Positions 41,768 to 51,433 of a stretch of 64,000 bases of DNA are shown here, piece by piece. Both the position numbers and the translations under genes were made by a program. The stretch's first letter is position 1. Each line of letters opens with the position of its first letter. The DNA is from an uncultured bacterium. GTDB taxonomy: Bacteria > Armatimonadota > Abditibacteriia > Abditibacteriales > Abditibacteriaceae. The stretch covers positions 806,001 through 870,000 of the forward strand of contig CAWJLW010000006.1 of NCBI GenBank assembly GCA_963843795.1, in the 5' to 3' direction. The notes beneath the pieces were generated by a model, which searched no databases, had not been told where the DNA came from, and was given only the letters and a program-made list of their open reading frames with translations.

Positions 41768-41982
41768 TTTCGCTTCACTATCCGGCAAGTACTTGCCAGG
41801 CATTTCAATAAGAAACATCTGACTCACTCAAGTTGCACATTCGTATGTGCAACTATTGTAAACCAAACCAATTGTGCTGTCAACGAAAAATCTGAGCAGA
41901 ATTTGTGGTGACAATGTGCTGCAAGAACTTGCAACGGGTTTCTGAGATGCGTGCACAGATTATACTTGCGAATTGATTTCTT

Positions 41983-42510
41983 ATGTTCATTATCACAGCA
42001 GTGGGCCGCGACCGGCCCGGAATGGCGCACGCTTTGGCGCGGATTTTGGCCGATTTAGGCTGCAATCTCGAAGACACCACGATGACGCGCTTATCGGGCG
42101 AGTTCGCCATGATCCTTATCGTCACGCCGCCAGAAGGCATCGCGCGCACTGAATTGGAAAACGCGCTGCAACCGTTGCACGCTTCGCACGGCTTATTCGT
42201 CATGGTGCGCGAAATTGACGAAGTAGAAACCCGACAAAACGAGGCCAACCCACGTTACATCGTCACGGTTTACGGACCGGATAATGTCGGTTTGCTGGCT
42301 TCGATGAGCGGCGTTTTCGCGCGTCATAAAGTTAATCTCACCGATGTTCAAACGCGTGTCGCATCGGGCGGCCACGTTTACATCATGATTTTTGAAATTG
42401 AACTGCCCGCGCCAACCGATCTCGAAACTTTGCACGCCGCATTGAACCAACAAGCTCAGGAAAGTGGCGTGACGCTGTCTTTGCACGCGCTCGATGAGGA
42501 AGTTTTGTAA
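41983..42510 (+). CDS. Tandem ACT-domain protein (GcvR-like)
   Basis: ITAVGRDRPG...LGCNLED and VYGPDNVG. Confidence 0.85.
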   Translation: MFIITAVGRDRPGMAHALARILADLGCNLEDTTMTRLSGEFAMILIVTPPEGIARTELENALQPLHASHGLFVMVREIDEVETRQNEANPRYIVTVYGPDNVGLLASMSGVFARHKVNLTDVQTRVASGGHVYIMIFEIELPAPTDLETLHAALNQQAQESGVTLSLHALDEEVL

Positions 42511-42525
42511 TTCTCCCGCACCTCT

Positions 42526-43032
42526 ATGGCGATTCGTGAAGTGGTTTTAGTGCCGGACGCGCGTTTGAAACAATTCTGTGCGCCCGTCGAAAATTTCGAT
42601 GATGAACTGCGCGCTCAAATTCAAGATTTGGAAGATACGCGTCTGAATAACGCGGGCTGCGTCGGCATTGCCGCGCCGCAAATCGGCATCATGCGCCGCA
42701 TTACAATTGTTGATACGAGCGCTCACAAGAAATTCGGCGCAGCCAGTTCCGGTCATCTCACCTTAATTAATCCGCGCGTTACGTTTAGCGAAGGCGAGCG
42801 CCTGGGACGCGAAGGCTGTTTGTCGCTGCCTGATTTTACGGCTAACGTGCGGCGGGCGATGAACGTTACGGTCGAATATCAAGACGCCAACGGCGTGTGG
42901 TACAGCATTCAAAGCAGCGATTTTGAAAGCGTGGTTTTGCAACACGAAATCGACCATTTGGATGGCGTGCTATTTTTGGATCGCGTGGCGAATTTGCAAA
43001 CCGATGTTTTCGCGCGCAAAGTGCGCAAATGA
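42526..43032 (+). CDS. def: Peptide deformylase
   Basis: GIAAPQ, EGCLS and HEIDH. Confidence 0.96.
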   Translation: MAIREVVLVPDARLKQFCAPVENFDDELRAQIQDLEDTRLNNAGCVGIAAPQIGIMRRITIVDTSAHKKFGAASSGHLTLINPRVTFSEGERLGREGCLSLPDFTANVRRAMNVTVEYQDANGVWYSIQSSDFESVVLQHEIDHLDGVLFLDRVANLQTDVFARKVRK

Positions 43033-43044
43033 AGATTGGAAAGC

Positions 43045-43082
43045 CAAAAAGCTCGCTGCAAGTACTTGCAGCGAGCTTTTTG
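43045..43082. terminator. 38-bp perfect core-centred palindrome between convergent genes
   Basis: CAAAAAGCTCGCT-core-AGCGAGCTTTTTG. Confidence 0.8.
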
Positions 43083-43095
43083 CTTTTGTGTCCGA

Positions 43096-44280
43096 TTACG
43101 ACAAATTTGTATATTCGGGCAAACCGCCGCCGAGCAGCGGGCGCGCCCAATCGAGAAATGCTTGCGTGACGCCCAAGCCGTTTTCGGCGATATATTCTTC
43201 GGGCAGCGGGCGGGTTTCGTCTTCCATCTGATCCAAACGAATCGTGCCTTCGATGGCGTGATAACCGCGGTCTCCGCGCTCAATCGCGTGCTGATCGCGC
43301 TGCACCGTGACTAGATATTCGGTGCAATCATCGCCCGCCAAACGCACGGCTAAAGCGCCCGCGTTGTAGGCTTCGTCGGTGTCCGAACGCGGTGCCATAT
43401 TCTGGCTCATGCGCACCAAAATTCCAGGACGGTCGTAGCGCGCGGGCACTCCGAGTTCTTCGCTCAATCGGTCGGCCAAACTCTGGCCATCCAGCCAGTC
43501 GCCTTCAGTGTTGGTTGAAGTTGGCGTGGTGACGACAACGGCAAAACCGTATTTCTGATAAGCGCGACGCGTTTCATCGACGATGGCTTCAGGATCGACC
43601 GAGCGTTCGGGCAAGGCCATCGCGTGTGGCGCGCTGCCCAGCGGCGGCACGACATCGCGACCATTTTCATCGCGCACAGCGCGTTCGGTGGCCAACGCGG
43701 TCGCAGCGGCGAGCCAGCCGGTTGGCGAACCGGGAACTTCCAAAACCACAATCGGTTCGATACCCGCGAAAGCGGCGCGCGCGGCATCGCGCGTGGCCGA
43801 AACCACATAGCGCGCAGCGCTTCCATAGCCCGGCGTATGATCGCCACCAGCGACTTCGTTTTCCGAGGAAACCGGCACTCCTAAGATATGAAGCGAATAA
43901 CCGGCTTCTTGCGAAGTCTTCTGCAAGTAACGGAGCGTTTCGACGGCGGTCACATCGCCAACAACGAAAATCGTACCGATTTCACGTTCTTTCAGGGCGT
44001 TAATCAAAGCCGAAGCGTCTAATTCTTCCAAATCGCGCGAACGACCGGCCAGACACGAGCCGGGCGTGCGCCGCAAACCATCGATGGTTTTGCGCGATTG
44101 CGCGCCCAAATCAACGATTTTTCCGTCGATGAGGCCGCTCAAACCCAGCGTCGCGCCGAAAATTTCAACTAAATTCTCGCCCTTAGCGATTTCTTCGACG
44201 ATACCTGCGATCACTGCATTGGTAACCGCGCTAATTGCGCCCGCCACCACAATTAATCCATTTTCTCCACGTTTGGCCAT
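43096..44280 (-). CDS. PfkA-family (PPi-PFK-like) homolog with degenerate catalytic motifs
   Basis: Scaffold motifs TPGS.L, DHTPGYGSAA, GWLAAA, LPE and PLLG; GGAGG RBS. Confidence 0.8.
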   Translation of the reverse strand: MAKRGENGLIVVAGAISAVTNAVIAGIVEEIAKGENLVEIFGATLGLSGLIDGKIVDLGAQSRKTIDGLRRTPGSCLAGRSRDLEELDASALINALKEREIGTIFVVGDVTAVETLRYLQKTSQEAGYSLHILGVPVSSENEVAGGDHTPGYGSAARYVVSATRDAARAAFAGIEPIVVLEVPGSPTGWLAAATALATERAVRDENGRDVVPPLGSAPHAMALPERSVDPEAIVDETRRAYQKYGFAVVVTTPTSTNTEGDWLDGQSLADRLSEELGVPARYDRPGILVRMSQNMAPRSDTDEAYNAGALAVRLAGDDCTEYLVTVQRDQHAIERGDRGYHAIEGTIRLDQMEDETRPLPEEYIAENGLGVTQAFLDWARPLLGGGLPEYTNLS

Positions 44281-44337
44281 AACAATTGTCCTCCGCAAAT
44301 CTTCAATTTTTGGTTCAATCTACCGGAAATCGGCAAT

Positions 44338-44371
44338 AAAAAAACCGAAAGCACCCATGCGGGCCTTCGGT
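44338..44371 (-). terminator. Intrinsic terminator in the leader of the Pfk-like gene
   Basis: Minus strand ACCGAAGGCCC-gcat-GGGTGCTTTCGG followed by T7. Confidence 0.6.
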
Positions 44372-44488
44372 CAGAAATCGCGCACCATGCGCGACGTACA
44401 ACCTCGCAAACGCTCCGTTCGCAGCTCATTTGGATAAAATGAAACCTATGCGCAAACGTTGTGTTGCGTCGTTAAGAATATCACAGTC

Positions 44489-45040
44489 ATGCCCTTTTTG
44501 CCACCAAATTCCGACTTCAAAACCGACTTACGCCGCGCGATGCGTGCCCGACGCAATGCGCTGTCCCAAGCGCAACGCGACGAATTTTCCGCGCGTATCG
44601 CCACTCATCTTAAAATCTGGCTGCTATCGCTCGAAAATTTGAAACCAACTATCGCTCTTTATAAAGCCACGCCGCGCGAAGTTAATTTGAAGGCTTTGTT
44701 GAATCTGAATTTTGACTGGGTAGTGCCGCGCTTTGTAGATGGAAAATGGATTGAGGCGGATGAAATGGAACTGTTTGAAAGGGTGCAAGTACTTGCACCC
44801 TTCGTGGCACCATCACAAATCGCTATATTTTTCATCCCCGCTTTAGCTTTTGATGTCGATGGCAATCGTCTTGGACAGGGCGGCGGCTGGTATGACCGAG
44901 CGCTTTCGCGCGCTCCCGATGCACTGAAAATCGGTGTGGCGTTCAATTGCCAAATCACCGAAAGCGTGTCGCACCAGCCACACGATGTGAAAATGGATGG
45001 CATCGTGACAGAAAGTGGTCTGAGATTTTGCCGTTTGTGA
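44489..45040 (+). CDS. 5-formyltetrahydrofolate cyclo-ligase
   Basis: K..LR, PALAFD..GNRLGQGGGWYDR, HD.KMD and TE. Confidence 0.92.
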   Translation: MPFLPPNSDFKTDLRRAMRARRNALSQAQRDEFSARIATHLKIWLLSLENLKPTIALYKATPREVNLKALLNLNFDWVVPRFVDGKWIEADEMELFERVQVLAPFVAPSQIAIFFIPALAFDVDGNRLGQGGGWYDRALSRAPDALKIGVAFNCQITESVSHQPHDVKMDGIVTESGLRFCRL

Positions 45041-45042
45041 AA

Positions 45043-45951
45043 ATGAGAGAAATTGAGTTGCCCGCACCGTTGCAAAATTTGGTCGAGCGCTGGCCTAGCA
45101 GCCGTTTCGTGGTGCGGTTCGCATGGCGTTTTGGCGAGCGTTGGGGAATTGATCGCTGTGCGCTGATAGCTGCAGCAATGGCATTTTTTGGGTTGCTGTC
45201 GCTCTTTCCAATTTTGCTGGCGGCCATCACGATTTTAGGACGCGTTTTGGCCAATCGGCCCGATATTACGCAAGATTTTCTGCGCTTTGCCGGACAGTTT
45301 TTCCCCGGAGCAACCGGCGATATCTGGCGCGACCGCGCGACCGGCGAAGTCGAGGGCTTAGCGCAAGCTGCAGGTGGCTGGCTCGGTTTTTTCTCGCTAC
45401 TGTCGTTACTGTGGAGCGGGCGCGCGTTTTTCGATGCCTTAGGCGGCGTCTTGAACGTGATCTGGCCTGGCGCGCAACCGCGTTCCTGGCTTAATCATCA
45501 AATGGCGCTGTGGAGTACGTTCGGCGGCGCGGCCGTTTTATACTCACTTTCGCTCAGCACTACTTTTTTGTTGAAAACCCTGCACGCTATCAGCAATCGA
45601 TTGCCCGATTTCTGGTTCAACCGCCAACCGGTGTTATGGGATATTCTGGGCGCGCTCACTTCGTGGGCTTTGACGCTGTGCATGTTCTGGATGATTTATC
45701 GCTTCTTGCCCAACGCTAAGCGTGGTGTGCGCGGGCGACGCGCTCTTATCGCGGCGGTCGTCGCAGCGGGCGCTCTGGAACTGGCCAAATTCGCTTTTAG
45801 CACTTATCTACCCGACGCTACGCGCTACGGCACAATTTACGGTAGCTTGGCGGGTGTGATTGTAACGATGATGTGGCTCTATGTGTCGTCGTCAATTATT
45901 CTGCTGGGTGCCGAAGTCGCAGCGGTGTGGACGGAATTGACAAGTGACTGA
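45043..45951 (+). CDS. YihY/virulence factor BrkB family membrane protein
   Basis: AAMAFFGLLSLFP, YRFLP and YGSLAGV...W.Y..S.I.LLGAE. Confidence 0.92.
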   Translation: MREIELPAPLQNLVERWPSSRFVVRFAWRFGERWGIDRCALIAAAMAFFGLLSLFPILLAAITILGRVLANRPDITQDFLRFAGQFFPGATGDIWRDRATGEVEGLAQAAGGWLGFFSLLSLLWSGRAFFDALGGVLNVIWPGAQPRSWLNHQMALWSTFGGAAVLYSLSLSTTFLLKTLHAISNRLPDFWFNRQPVLWDILGALTSWALTLCMFWMIYRFLPNAKRGVRGRRALIAAVVAAGALELAKFAFSTYLPDATRYGTIYGSLAGVIVTMMWLYVSSSIILLGAEVAAVWTELTSD

Positions 45952-45986
45952 AAACGCTTTGCAAGTACTTGCACGCTTAAATTATT

Positions 45987-46784
45987 ATGAAAAAACGTGT
46001 TGCCACCGCCGCCATCGGCATTCCGATTGTCGCTCTTATTGTCCATCTCGGCCATTGGCCGTTTTTCGCGCTTGCTTCTCTGTGCGCGCTCTTATCGCTG
46101 CGAGAATTGCAAACTGCGTTCGCGCGCGTGATGTTTTCGATTCAATTGCGCTTAATTGCCGTTCCCGCTTATGCGACTTTGGCCGCGCTTTTATTAATGG
46201 TGCAATTGCACGTTAGCGCGCCTTTTTTCTGGTCGCTGCTGGGCGTTAGCATTTTGGCGCTGTGGATTTTCGGTATCGCGCAGTTTGGGCGCGACGGACA
46301 AAAAGGCGCCGGCCTATTACTGTCGCTCGCCATCACACAACTGGCGCTGGCATATTGCGCTCTGTGGATACTGGTAATTTTGCTGCGTGGGCGCGGTGAA
46401 GCGTGGTTCTGGCTGGCTTTAATCGGCGTGTGGAGTAGCGACATCGCGGCGTATTTCGGCGGACGCAAGTGGGGCAAAACCAAACTCACGTCTCTATCGC
46501 CGGGCAAAACACGCGAAGGCGCACTCGCTGGTTGGGTTGCTGCGTTTGTCATCAGCGGATTGTTGGGATTGTTGACCAAACACGGCATCGGCGCGGGCTT
46601 GGCGTGTGGCGCGTTAGTAGGAATTTTGGCACCGTTGGGCGATTTGGCGCAATCGCTGTGGAAGCGCGAACTGGGCTTGAAAGATTTGGGAAGTTTGTTG
46701 CCCGGACACGGCGGTATCACCGACCGCTGCGATTCATTGTTGTTCGCGTGTGTAGGCGTTTATATGTTGAGTTGGTTGTTTTAG
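45987..46784 (+). CDS. cdsA: Phosphatidate cytidylyltransferase
   Basis: SDIAAYFGG, SPGKT.EG and KD.G.LLPGHGG..DR.DS. Confidence 0.93.
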   Translation: MKKRVATAAIGIPIVALIVHLGHWPFFALASLCALLSLRELQTAFARVMFSIQLRLIAVPAYATLAALLLMVQLHVSAPFFWSLLGVSILALWIFGIAQFGRDGQKGAGLLLSLAITQLALAYCALWILVILLRGRGEAWFWLALIGVWSSDIAAYFGGRKWGKTKLTSLSPGKTREGALAGWVAAFVISGLLGLLTKHGIGAGLACGALVGILAPLGDLAQSLWKRELGLKDLGSLLPGHGGITDRCDSLLFACVGVYMLSWLF

Positions 46785-46818
46785 TGATGCAAGTACTTGC
46801 AGCGCGGTCGGAGAACTG

Positions 46819-47354
46819 ATGAAGAAATCAATTGTCGCGGTAGGTGCTTTCGCTTTGCTGATTTTGGCGCTGGCTTTGGCTTATCAAAGATTCAAACCGG
46901 CCAGAGCGTTGAGAACTCCAACTGCGTCACAAATTGCGGCTGCGTTTCCCGATGATACCAGAGAGATTTTCGAGCGTAGCGACAAGTTCATCTTGTTGTC
47001 GCTCGATCCGCTTTCGCTTCCCAACACAAACGCACCGAAGAGGAGCGAATTTCATGGCTGGTATATTCTGGGCCAAACGCAGATTAGCAATCCCAAAACG
47101 CAGTCTAAACTCCGTCGTGCTTACTACGATGGCTTGGTTGATACTTCTGGTGCCGCTGCGTGTTTCAGTCCACGCCATGGTATCCGCGCCGTGAAAATGG
47201 AAAAATGCTCGATTTAGTGATTTGTTTTCACTGCCATTTCGTTGAAGTTAATCTGAACGGCAAAAATTTAGGTTTCAAAAAAATTTCCTCATATCTGCAA
47301 GAGGCTTTTAACGAAGTTCTTACCGCGCATAATATAGCTTTGCCTAAAAATTGA
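46819..47354 (+). CDS. Exported hypothetical protein, frameshifted at the A4 tract 47194-47197
   Basis: CFSPRHGIRAVK joins NGKMLDLVICFHC if one A is added. Confidence 0.6.
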
Positions 47355-47367
47355 GGCAAATCGTCAT

Positions 47368-48259
47368 TCACACCAACGCCCGTATCGCTTCCTCCACATC
47401 CTCGAAACGAAAACGATAACCGCTCTCTGCAAGTACTTGCGGGATAACGCGCTGTGAATTCAATGCCATTTCACTCGCTTCGCCCAAAGTCAATTGCAAG
47501 CCAAATTTCGGTACCGGAAGATATGCCGGTTTGCCCAGAACGTGCGCCAATTTGCCCGCAAAGTCGCGTTGTCGTACCGGATTCGGCGACACCAAATTCA
47601 CTGCGCCAGAAATGCTTTCGTTTTCTAAAACGTGAATCAACGCGCCTACGACATCTTCGATTTCAATCCAACTCCACCACTGCGCGCCGCCGCCAATCGG
47701 GCCGCCCAAACCTAAGCGAAACGCGGGCAACATCGGCTTCAACGCACCGCCGCGAGTTGACAAAACCACACCAATGCGCGCTTTCACCACGCGGACGTTT
47801 AAGTCGCGCGCTGCATCAGCGGCGGCTTCCCAATCGCGGCATCACATCGGCCAAAAAGCCGCCACCGGGCGCGGATTTTTCGGTCAGAATTTCCTCACCG
47901 CAATCGCCGTAAATGCCAATCGCCGATGCGCAGATAAACGATTTTGGGCGCTCGTTTTCTGGCAATGCGGCCAGCGTTTTCACAATGAGATTCGTGCTGT
48001 CGATGCGACTGCCGCGAATGGCGGCTTTCTTTTCCTCGCTCCAGCGCCCGACGATGGTTTCTCCGCCGAGATGAATGATGGCATCATTGCCCGCAAGTAC
48101 TTGCGGGTCGAGCACGCCGCTTTCGGGATGCCAACTCGCTGTGCCCTCGACGTGGCGGCGCGAACGCACCAGTCGCGTGACGTGATGGGCGCGCGCGCGC
48201 AGCGCAGGAACGAGTGCGGAACCAATGAGACCGTGCGAACCAGAGATGACAATTTTCAT
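47368..48259 (-). CDS. TIGR01777 family NAD-dependent epimerase, frameshifted near 47842
   Basis: ISGSHGLIG...GFLADV then CRDWEAAA...RIGVVL in the next frame. Confidence 0.88.
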
Positions 48260-48367
48260 AATGAAACAAAGAACGCAATGTCTAATGAACCACAGAGAAC
48301 AGAGAATTTTGAAATTTTTCTTTACAACTCTCTGCGAACTTTGTGGTTCATTAGCCGAACGCCATAT

Positions 48368-49339
48368 TCAACGCAAGGCGCGTTCCAAAAACAACGACTT
48401 CGCACGCGCCACATCGACTTTGGTCGCCACGCGACAATTCGGCGCGCCTTCGGTCACAATCGTGCGCGCGCGTTCATCGCCCGCTAATCCGACGTGCATG
48501 CGTTTGGATTCAAATTGCACGCAATCCGAAAACAAGGTCAAAATCGTCAACGGGTCGTGCAGCGTGACATCGTGGCCCCACAATTTGATGAGTTGTCCTA
48601 AAAACCGCGCGTGTGCGTGCGGTGAATCATCGAACTGCTTTTCCTCATCTTTGCTCAACACGCATTGGGTTGTCACATCCAAACCGACCATCGTTAAATC
48701 AACGCCGGATTTGAAAACCATCGCGGCGGCTTCGGGGTCGCAGAGAATGTTCCATTCGGCGGTGTTGTCGCTCCATTTGCCGCCCATCAAAACCACTTTA
48801 CATTGGCTGATAATATCGGGCGCAAGATGAAACGCCAGCGCGATATTGGTCAACGCGCCAATCGGCGAGATAGTTGTGCTTTCACCGCGCGCATGGCGTT
48901 CGCGCACCGTTTCGATGATAAAATTCACCGCGTGGCGCGTGTCGTCCCATTTTAAATCTTTATCTAACGCCTCGAATTGACGACCCAAATTCTGGCCGCC
49001 GGGAAAATGCTCCCAATCGGGCAACAGCGGTTCCGAACAACCGGCGACAACGGTGACATCGCGCTCCATCAACTTCAAAACTTCGCGCGCCAGAAGCGCG
49101 CGTTTGGGCGCGTCACGGAAAACCGTCGTGACGCCAATCAATTCGATTTCCGGACTATTGAGCGCGACGGTTAAAGCCAAAGCATCGTCGATGTCGTCGC
49201 CGATGTCGGTGTCTACAATCAAAGCAGTTTTCATAAATTTCGTGTCCTGTTTGGCAACTTGTGACCGCGCGACAAGTGCTGTACCGAGCAGTGTAGAAAG
49301 CGCGGCCATGTTGAAAGTTCGACGGGTGAATTTTGGCAT
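48368..49339 (-). CDS. Nucleoside hydrolase (IUNH family) with a Tat-like signal
   Basis: DTDIGDDIDD, GALTNIA, EWN..DPEAA and HDP; TRRTF leader. Confidence 0.9.
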   Translation of the reverse strand: MPKFTRRTFNMAALSTLLGTALVARSQVAKQDTKFMKTALIVDTDIGDDIDDALALTVALNSPEIELIGVTTVFRDAPKRALLAREVLKLMERDVTVVAGCSEPLLPDWEHFPGGQNLGRQFEALDKDLKWDDTRHAVNFIIETVRERHARGESTTISPIGALTNIALAFHLAPDIISQCKVVLMGGKWSDNTAEWNILCDPEAAAMVFKSGVDLTMVGLDVTTQCVLSKDEEKQFDDSPHAHARFLGQLIKLWGHDVTLHDPLTILTLFSDCVQFESKRMHVGLAGDERARTIVTEGAPNCRVATKVDVARAKSLFLERALR

Positions 49340-49370
49340 AAACGCGTGCTACAAATGCTTGCAGTCGATT

Positions 49371-50099
49371 TCAGCGCGCCCGCACCGAACCCAAGCCACC
49401 ATCAAGGCCGATGATTTGACCGGTAATCCAATCGTTTTCGGGTTGCAACAGAAAATGAATCATGCGCGCGACTTGCGCGGGCGTACCGATGCGATTCAAT
49501 GGGTGCATCGCGGTCGAAGCCTTCAAAAACGCTTCGTTGCCGGTGATGTTTTTCGCTAAAGGCGTATCAATCAAGCCAGGCGCGACGCAGTTGAAGCGGA
49601 TATTTTGGCGCGCATACGTCGCCGCAGCGGAAAGCGTCAAGCCTTGCACACCGGCTTTGGCCGCAGCAATCGCTTCGTGATTGGCCAGACCGATGCGTGC
49701 GGCGACGGTTGAAATCAAGACCACGCTACCACCTTCGCCTTTCATCAGGGCACGCGAAGCGGCGCGCACGGTTTCAAAAGCGGTCGTTAGATTCAATGCA
49801 AGTACTTGCGACCATTCTTCATCGGACGTTTGATGCGCCGCTTTCAATAAAATCGAGCCGATACAATTGACCGCACCATCCAAGCCGCCCATTTGTTCTT
49901 CTGCGGCAGTAAAAAACGCCTCGATTTGTCCGCTTAGTGTCGCATCCAAAGCGTGCGTCGCGGCTTCGAGTTCAGCAGCCAAAGCATTAAGTTTGGCTTC
50001 GTCGCGCCCGCCGATAAACAGTTCGTGCCCGTCGTGAGCGAGCATACGACACAATTCGCTGCCGATGCCGCCACTGCCACCTAAAATTGCAAATTTCAT
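49371..50099 (-). CDS. SDR family oxidoreductase
   Basis: GGSGGIG, APGLIDTP and GQ.I..DGG. Confidence 0.9.
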   Translation of the reverse strand: MKFAILGGSGGIGSELCRMLAHDGHELFIGGRDEAKLNALAAELEAATHALDATLSGQIEAFFTAAEEQMGGLDGAVNCIGSILLKAAHQTSDEEWSQVLALNLTTAFETVRAASRALMKGEGGSVVLISTVAARIGLANHEAIAAAKAGVQGLTLSAAATYARQNIRFNCVAPGLIDTPLAKNITGNEAFLKASTAMHPLNRIGTPAQVARMIHFLLQPENDWITGQIIGLDGGLGSVRAR

Positions 50100-50166
50100 A
50101 AAGCGTGCTGGTTTCAATTCCTGCGCCAAGATAACGCCGAAAAAGCTGCTGCAAGTACTTGCCGCG

Positions 50167-51291
50167 TTATCGCGGCACTTCGACCGAATCAATTACCGAG
50201 CGCACCACATCATCGGCGCGTAGATTTTCCATTTCGGCTTCGGCGCGCAAAATCAAACGATGGCGCAAGACCGGCAGCGCGACGGTTTTAATATCTTCGG
50301 GCCGCACGTAATCGCGCCCGCTCAGCGCCGCGAACGCTTTGCTGCTTTCCAAAAGCGCGATGCCCGCGCGCGGCCCGGCGCCCAATGTCAAAGTCGGCAA
50401 GCCGCGCGTGCGCGTGACGATTTGCGCGATGTAGCGCAGAATGCCTTCGCTGACGGTCACGTTTTTCACGGCTTGGCGCGCGGCTTGAATCGATGCGGCA
50501 TCGGCGACGGCTTGCACACCGGCGCTTTCCAAATCAGAAGCATCGAAGCCTTCGTGGACGCGCTGCAAAAGCGCGATTTCATTATCGAGCGTCGGATACG
50601 TAATCAGCACTTTGAGCAGAAAACGGTCGAGCTGCGCTTCGGGCAGCGGATAAGTGCCTTCGTAATCAATCGGGTTTTGCGTGGCGAACACTTGGAACAA
50701 CGAAGGCAACTGATGCGTGACGCCATCAATCGTCACGCGATGTTCCTGCATCGCTTCCAAAAGCGCGGCTTGCGTTTTGGGCGGCGTGCGATTGATTTCA
50801 TCAGCCAGCAGAATGTCAGTGAAAATCGGGCCGGGACGCAGCGAAAACTCGGTGGTGCGCGCATCAAAAACATTGGTGCCCAAAACATCCGAGGGCATCA
50901 AATCGGGCGTGAACTGAATGCGCTTGAACTGGCCGCTAATCGTGCGCGCCATCGTGCGCGCTGCGAGAGTTTTCGCCACGCCGGGCACGCCTTCGAGCAA
51001 AACGTGGCCGTTGGCGAGCAGCGCGATGAGAAATTGCGTCACGATGTCGTCCTGTCCGACGACCGCTTTGGCCATTTCGCGCCGAATTTTCTGCGCAAGT
51101 ACTTGCACCGCGTGCGTCGCGCCCGGCATGATTTCATTGCTGGAATCGGAAGTGTTGGTGGGCGCAATTTGCGTTTCGCTTTCTGATGCGATTGCGGGTG
51201 GCGGTGCAGCATTAGGTGATTGCCAGGGTGGAGTTTGAATGGGCGCTGGAGAATCGGAATTGGCGGGCGGAATGTTTTCGGGCGTGTTCAA
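50167..51291 (-). CDS. MoxR family AAA+ ATPase
   Basis: LEGVPGVAKT, RIQFTPDLMP, DEINR and LPEAQLDRF. Confidence 0.95.
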   Translation of the reverse strand: MNTPENIPPANSDSPAPIQTPPWQSPNAAPPPAIASESETQIAPTNTSDSSNEIMPGATHAVQVLAQKIRREMAKAVVGQDDIVTQFLIALLANGHVLLEGVPGVAKTLAARTMARTISGQFKRIQFTPDLMPSDVLGTNVFDARTTEFSLRPGPIFTDILLADEINRTPPKTQAALLEAMQEHRVTIDGVTHQLPSLFQVFATQNPIDYEGTYPLPEAQLDRFLLKVLITYPTLDNEIALLQRVHEGFDASDLESAGVQAVADAASIQAARQAVKNVTVSEGILRYIAQIVTRTRGLPTLTLGAGPRAGIALLESSKAFAALSGRDYVRPEDIKTVALPVLRHRLILRAEAEMENLRADDVVRSVIDSVEVPR

Positions 51292-51433
51292 GGTTTCTCC
51301 TTGTGATGTGTGGTGAGTTGCAAGTACTTGCAGCGTAGTTTAAACGGCTGACGCTACAAAGGGCGTATCTGAAAGCAAAGAAGCGCGCTGCAAGTACCTG
51401 CAGCGCGCTTTTTGTATCAATGAACTTTGCAGA

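Noticed and set aside
44290..44488. 6S RNA upstream of the 5-formyl-THF cyclo-ligase gene
   Set aside because: The synteny is suggestive, but I could not find the long closing stem and central bubble; needs an Rfam scan.
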